Positions 43,998 through 46,121 of a stretch of 46,121 nt of DNA are shown piece by piece. This DNA comes from Candidatus Saccharibacteria bacterium CPR2. Lineage in GTDB: Bacteria; Patescibacteriota; Saccharimonadia; Saccharimonadales; QWHN01. The DNA is taken from assembly GCA_021404905.1 (NCBI GenBank), contig QWHN01000004.1, positions 1-46,121 of the forward strand, written 5' to 3'. The notes under the pieces were generated by a model, which saw only the letters and a list, made by a program, of their open reading frames with translations, was not told the origin of the DNA and did no database searches. Numbering within the stretch: position 1 is the first letter of the stretch; each line of letters begins with the position of its first letter. The translations under genes were made by a program, and so were the position numbers.

Positions 43998-46121
43998 GTG
44001 AAACGCATCTTTGAGGGGTTAAATGAGGCGCAAAAAGGGGCCGTCGTTGAAATAAACGGTCCTTTATTAATATTGGCCGGAGCGGGCAGCGGCAAAACAA
44101 AAACCCTCACGCACAGAATTGCTTATCTTATCTCTGAAAAAAAAATAGATCCGGCTCGCATTTTAGCCGTTACTTTTACTAATAAAGCCGCGCGCGAAAT
44201 GCGCGAACGAATCGCCAAGTTAATGTATGGCGACCGTGGAGATATGAATTGGGAAGAAATAGCATTTCGGCGCGACTGGATGCCATTTACGGGTACTTTT
44301 CATGGAATATGCGTAAAAATATTACGTCGGGACGGGGAGCACCTTGGTATTCCGAAATCTTTCGTAATTTTCGATGAACAAGACAGAACCGGCGCGGTCA
44401 AACAAGCTCTACGCGAGTTTGGAATAGATGAAAAAAAATATACTCCCAGAGCAATTGCCGCCGTTATATCTTCATCAAAAAACGAACTTATAGATTCTGG
44501 GTCTTTTCGAAATTTCGCGTCTACACCCATGCAAAAAGTTGCCGCTAGCGTTTTTCCGGTTTATGAAAAGATCCTTGAAGAAGCATCGGCTCTTGATTTT
44601 GATGACTTAATCTTAAAAACAGTTAGATTGCTTGAAATCCCGGATTTAAGAGAAAAATGGCGCAATCAATTTGAATATATCCTTGTTGACGAGTATCAAG
44701 ACACCAACAGTGCTCAATACAAGCTCGTGAAATTGCTCGTAAACTCCCAGCGAAACATTTGTGTTATCGGGGATGATTGGCAAAATGTGTACATGTGGAG
44801 AGGGGCGGATTTTCGCAATATTTTAAATTTTGAAACGGAATACCCCGACGCGAAAATTGTAAAGCTGGAGCAAAACTATCGTTCAACCAAGCAAATACTG
44901 GACGCGGCTCAAACAATAATTAGTAAAAACCGCCAAAGATCAGATAAAAAACTGTGGACCAAAAATAACTCCGGCAAACCCGTTTGCGTACAACAGGTAG
45001 CTGACGAACGAGCTGAAGCTGAGTGGATCGTCAGTAAAACAAAAGCCGAGATTTCAACGGGCTCAAGAGGCTACAAGGATTTTACGGTTTTATATCGTAC
45101 AAACGCGCAATCCAGACCAATTGAGGACGCTTTGGTTAAGTATGGGATTCCCTACAAAATTGTTGGCGGCCAAAGATTTTATGATCGCAAAGAGATTAAA
45201 GACATCATTGCCTATTTGCGTTTAATTTTTCAGCCGGAAGATAAAACCAGTTTTAATCGGATCATTAACGTTCCAAGCAGAAAAATTGGCGACACCAGCC
45301 TGGAGAAATTTTTTGCCTGGCAGGAGGAGAATTCGTATAAATTATCCGACGCTTTAAGTAATGTGCGTGGAGCGAATTGTTTGACGGCCAGGGCAGTAAA
45401 ATCATTCGTTGACTTCGCCAATTTATTGGAACAAATGCGAACCCTTGCATCCGAGTCCAGCCCATCGATGCTTATTGACGTGCTTCTTAAGAGAATAAAA
45501 TACATCGAATATTTGGATGATGGCAGTCTGAAGGCTGAGGAGCGAATAGAAAATGTTAAAGAACTCGTATCTGTTGCCAAGGAATACGACAATGTTGGCT
45601 TGGCGGGCTTTTTGGAGGAAGTCGCTTTGATGAGCGACGTTGACAACTATCAGGAAGGAAGCGACAGTCTAACCTTAATGACAATTCACGCCGCCAAAGG
45701 TCTTGAATTTCCGGTTGTAATAATGTGCGGCATGGAAGAAGGTTTATTCCCGCATTCGCAGTCTATGTTTGAAGAGGACAAAATGGAGGAAGAGAGGCGA
45801 CTTTGCTATGTCGGCATGACAAGGGCCAAAGAAGAACTTTACTTGCTTCACGCGCGCTCGCGCATGGTTTTTGGGTCTCTTTCTCATAACATACCATCGA
45901 GATTTTTGAACGAAATCGGGAATTTTTCAACTACGGATGAACCAAGCTTAAGTGACACGACCGTCCTATCGAGTTTAGATCGCCAAAGACAACCTGAAAC
46001 GATTCAAGTTGAGGTTAAGGTTGGCGATAAAGTAAGGCATAAATTTTTTGGTGAAGGTATAGTTTCAGCTTTGGACGGTGATGTGGCGGATATTGTCTTT
46101 GCTGGGCGAGGCAGCAAAAAA
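43998..46121 (+). CDS. pcrA: ATP-dependent DNA helicase PcrA/UvrD (3' end beyond the window; absent from the ORF track)
   Basis: GTG at 43998; LNEAQ, ILAGAGSGKT, VDEYQDTN, LEQNYRST, MTIHAAKGLEF, EEERRLCYVGMTRAK, C-terminal VGDKVRHKFFGEG. Confidence 0.95.
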   Translation, partial: MKRIFEGLNEAQKGAVVEINGPLLILAGAGSGKTKTLTHRIAYLISEKKIDPARILAVTFTNKAAREMRERIAKLMYGDRGDMNWEEIAFRRDWMPFTGTFHGICVKILRRDGEHLGIPKSFVIFDEQDRTGAVKQALREFGIDEKKYTPRAIAAVISSSKNELIDSGSFRNFASTPMQKVAASVFPVYEKILEEASALDFDDLILKTVRLLEIPDLREKWRNQFEYILVDEYQDTNSAQYKLVKLLVNSQRNICVIGDDWQNVYMWRGADFRNILNFETEYPDAKIVKLEQNYRSTKQILDAAQTIISKNRQRSDKKLWTKNNSGKPVCVQQVADERAEAEWIVSKTKAEISTGSRGYKDFTVLYRTNAQSRPIEDALVKYGIPYKIVGGQRFYDRKEIKDIIAYLRLIFQPEDKTSFNRIINVPSRKIGDTSLEKFFAWQEENSYKLSDALSNVRGANCLTARAVKSFVDFANLLEQMRTLASESSPSMLIDVLLKRIKYIEYLDDGSLKAEERIENVKELVSVAKEYDNVGLAGFLEEVALMSDVDNYQEGSDSLTLMTIHAAKGLEFPVVIMCGMEEGLFPHSQSMFEEDKMEEERRLCYVGMTRAKEELYLLHARSRMVFGSLSHNIPSRFLNEIGNFSTTDEPSLSDTTVLSSLDRQRQPETIQVEVKVGDKVRHKFFGEGIVSALDGDVADIVFAGRGSKK

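Noticed and set aside
44300-45646. Minus-strand ORFs listed in 44.3-45.6 kb
   Set aside because: Antisense shadows of pcrA, which the ORF track missed because it runs off the window.

Overview
46.1-kb window of an AT-rich bacterial chromosome, inferred from gene style to be Patescibacteria/CPR, probably Saccharibacteria-like. Left (0.2-6 kb): pyruvoyl-dependent arginine decarboxylase, a membrane protein, an internally duplicated GNAT-like protein, a DUF2156-type transferase and an orphan 7TM-GAF histidine kinase. 6.2-9.1 kb: a REP-associated tyrosine transposase (RAYT) between palindromes and an LPxTG surface protein. 9.4-18.6 kb: accessory surface/secreted genes, including two visibly GC-rich blocks, a class F sortase with its substrate, LysM, and CHAP plus a five-repeat putative propeller. 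18.6-30.25 kb: an 11.6-kb island integrated at tRNA-Glu(TTC), carrying HEPN-like and nuclease-like genes, a RarA C-terminal-only protein, a tyrosine recombinase, a type III R-M system and a large serine recombinase. 30.5-46 kb: a lower-glycolysis cluster (pyk, glycerate kinase, eno, D-2-hydroxyacid dehydrogenase, ppsA, pgk, tpiA) interrupted by two antisense genes, then pcrA (truncated by the window). Best leads: (1) two single-gene cassettes with matching RAYT-type palindromic ends; (2) an anticodon-switched, insertion-split tRNA relic at the far island end that would change the integrase C-terminus on excision; (3) a HEPN + nuclease candidate defence pair; (4) a 43-nt tRNA-like mini-element and hairpin-rich leaders in the GC-rich blocks; (5) a possible agmatine-modifying/sensing locus. 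All family assignments come from motif recognition by eye; no searches were run.
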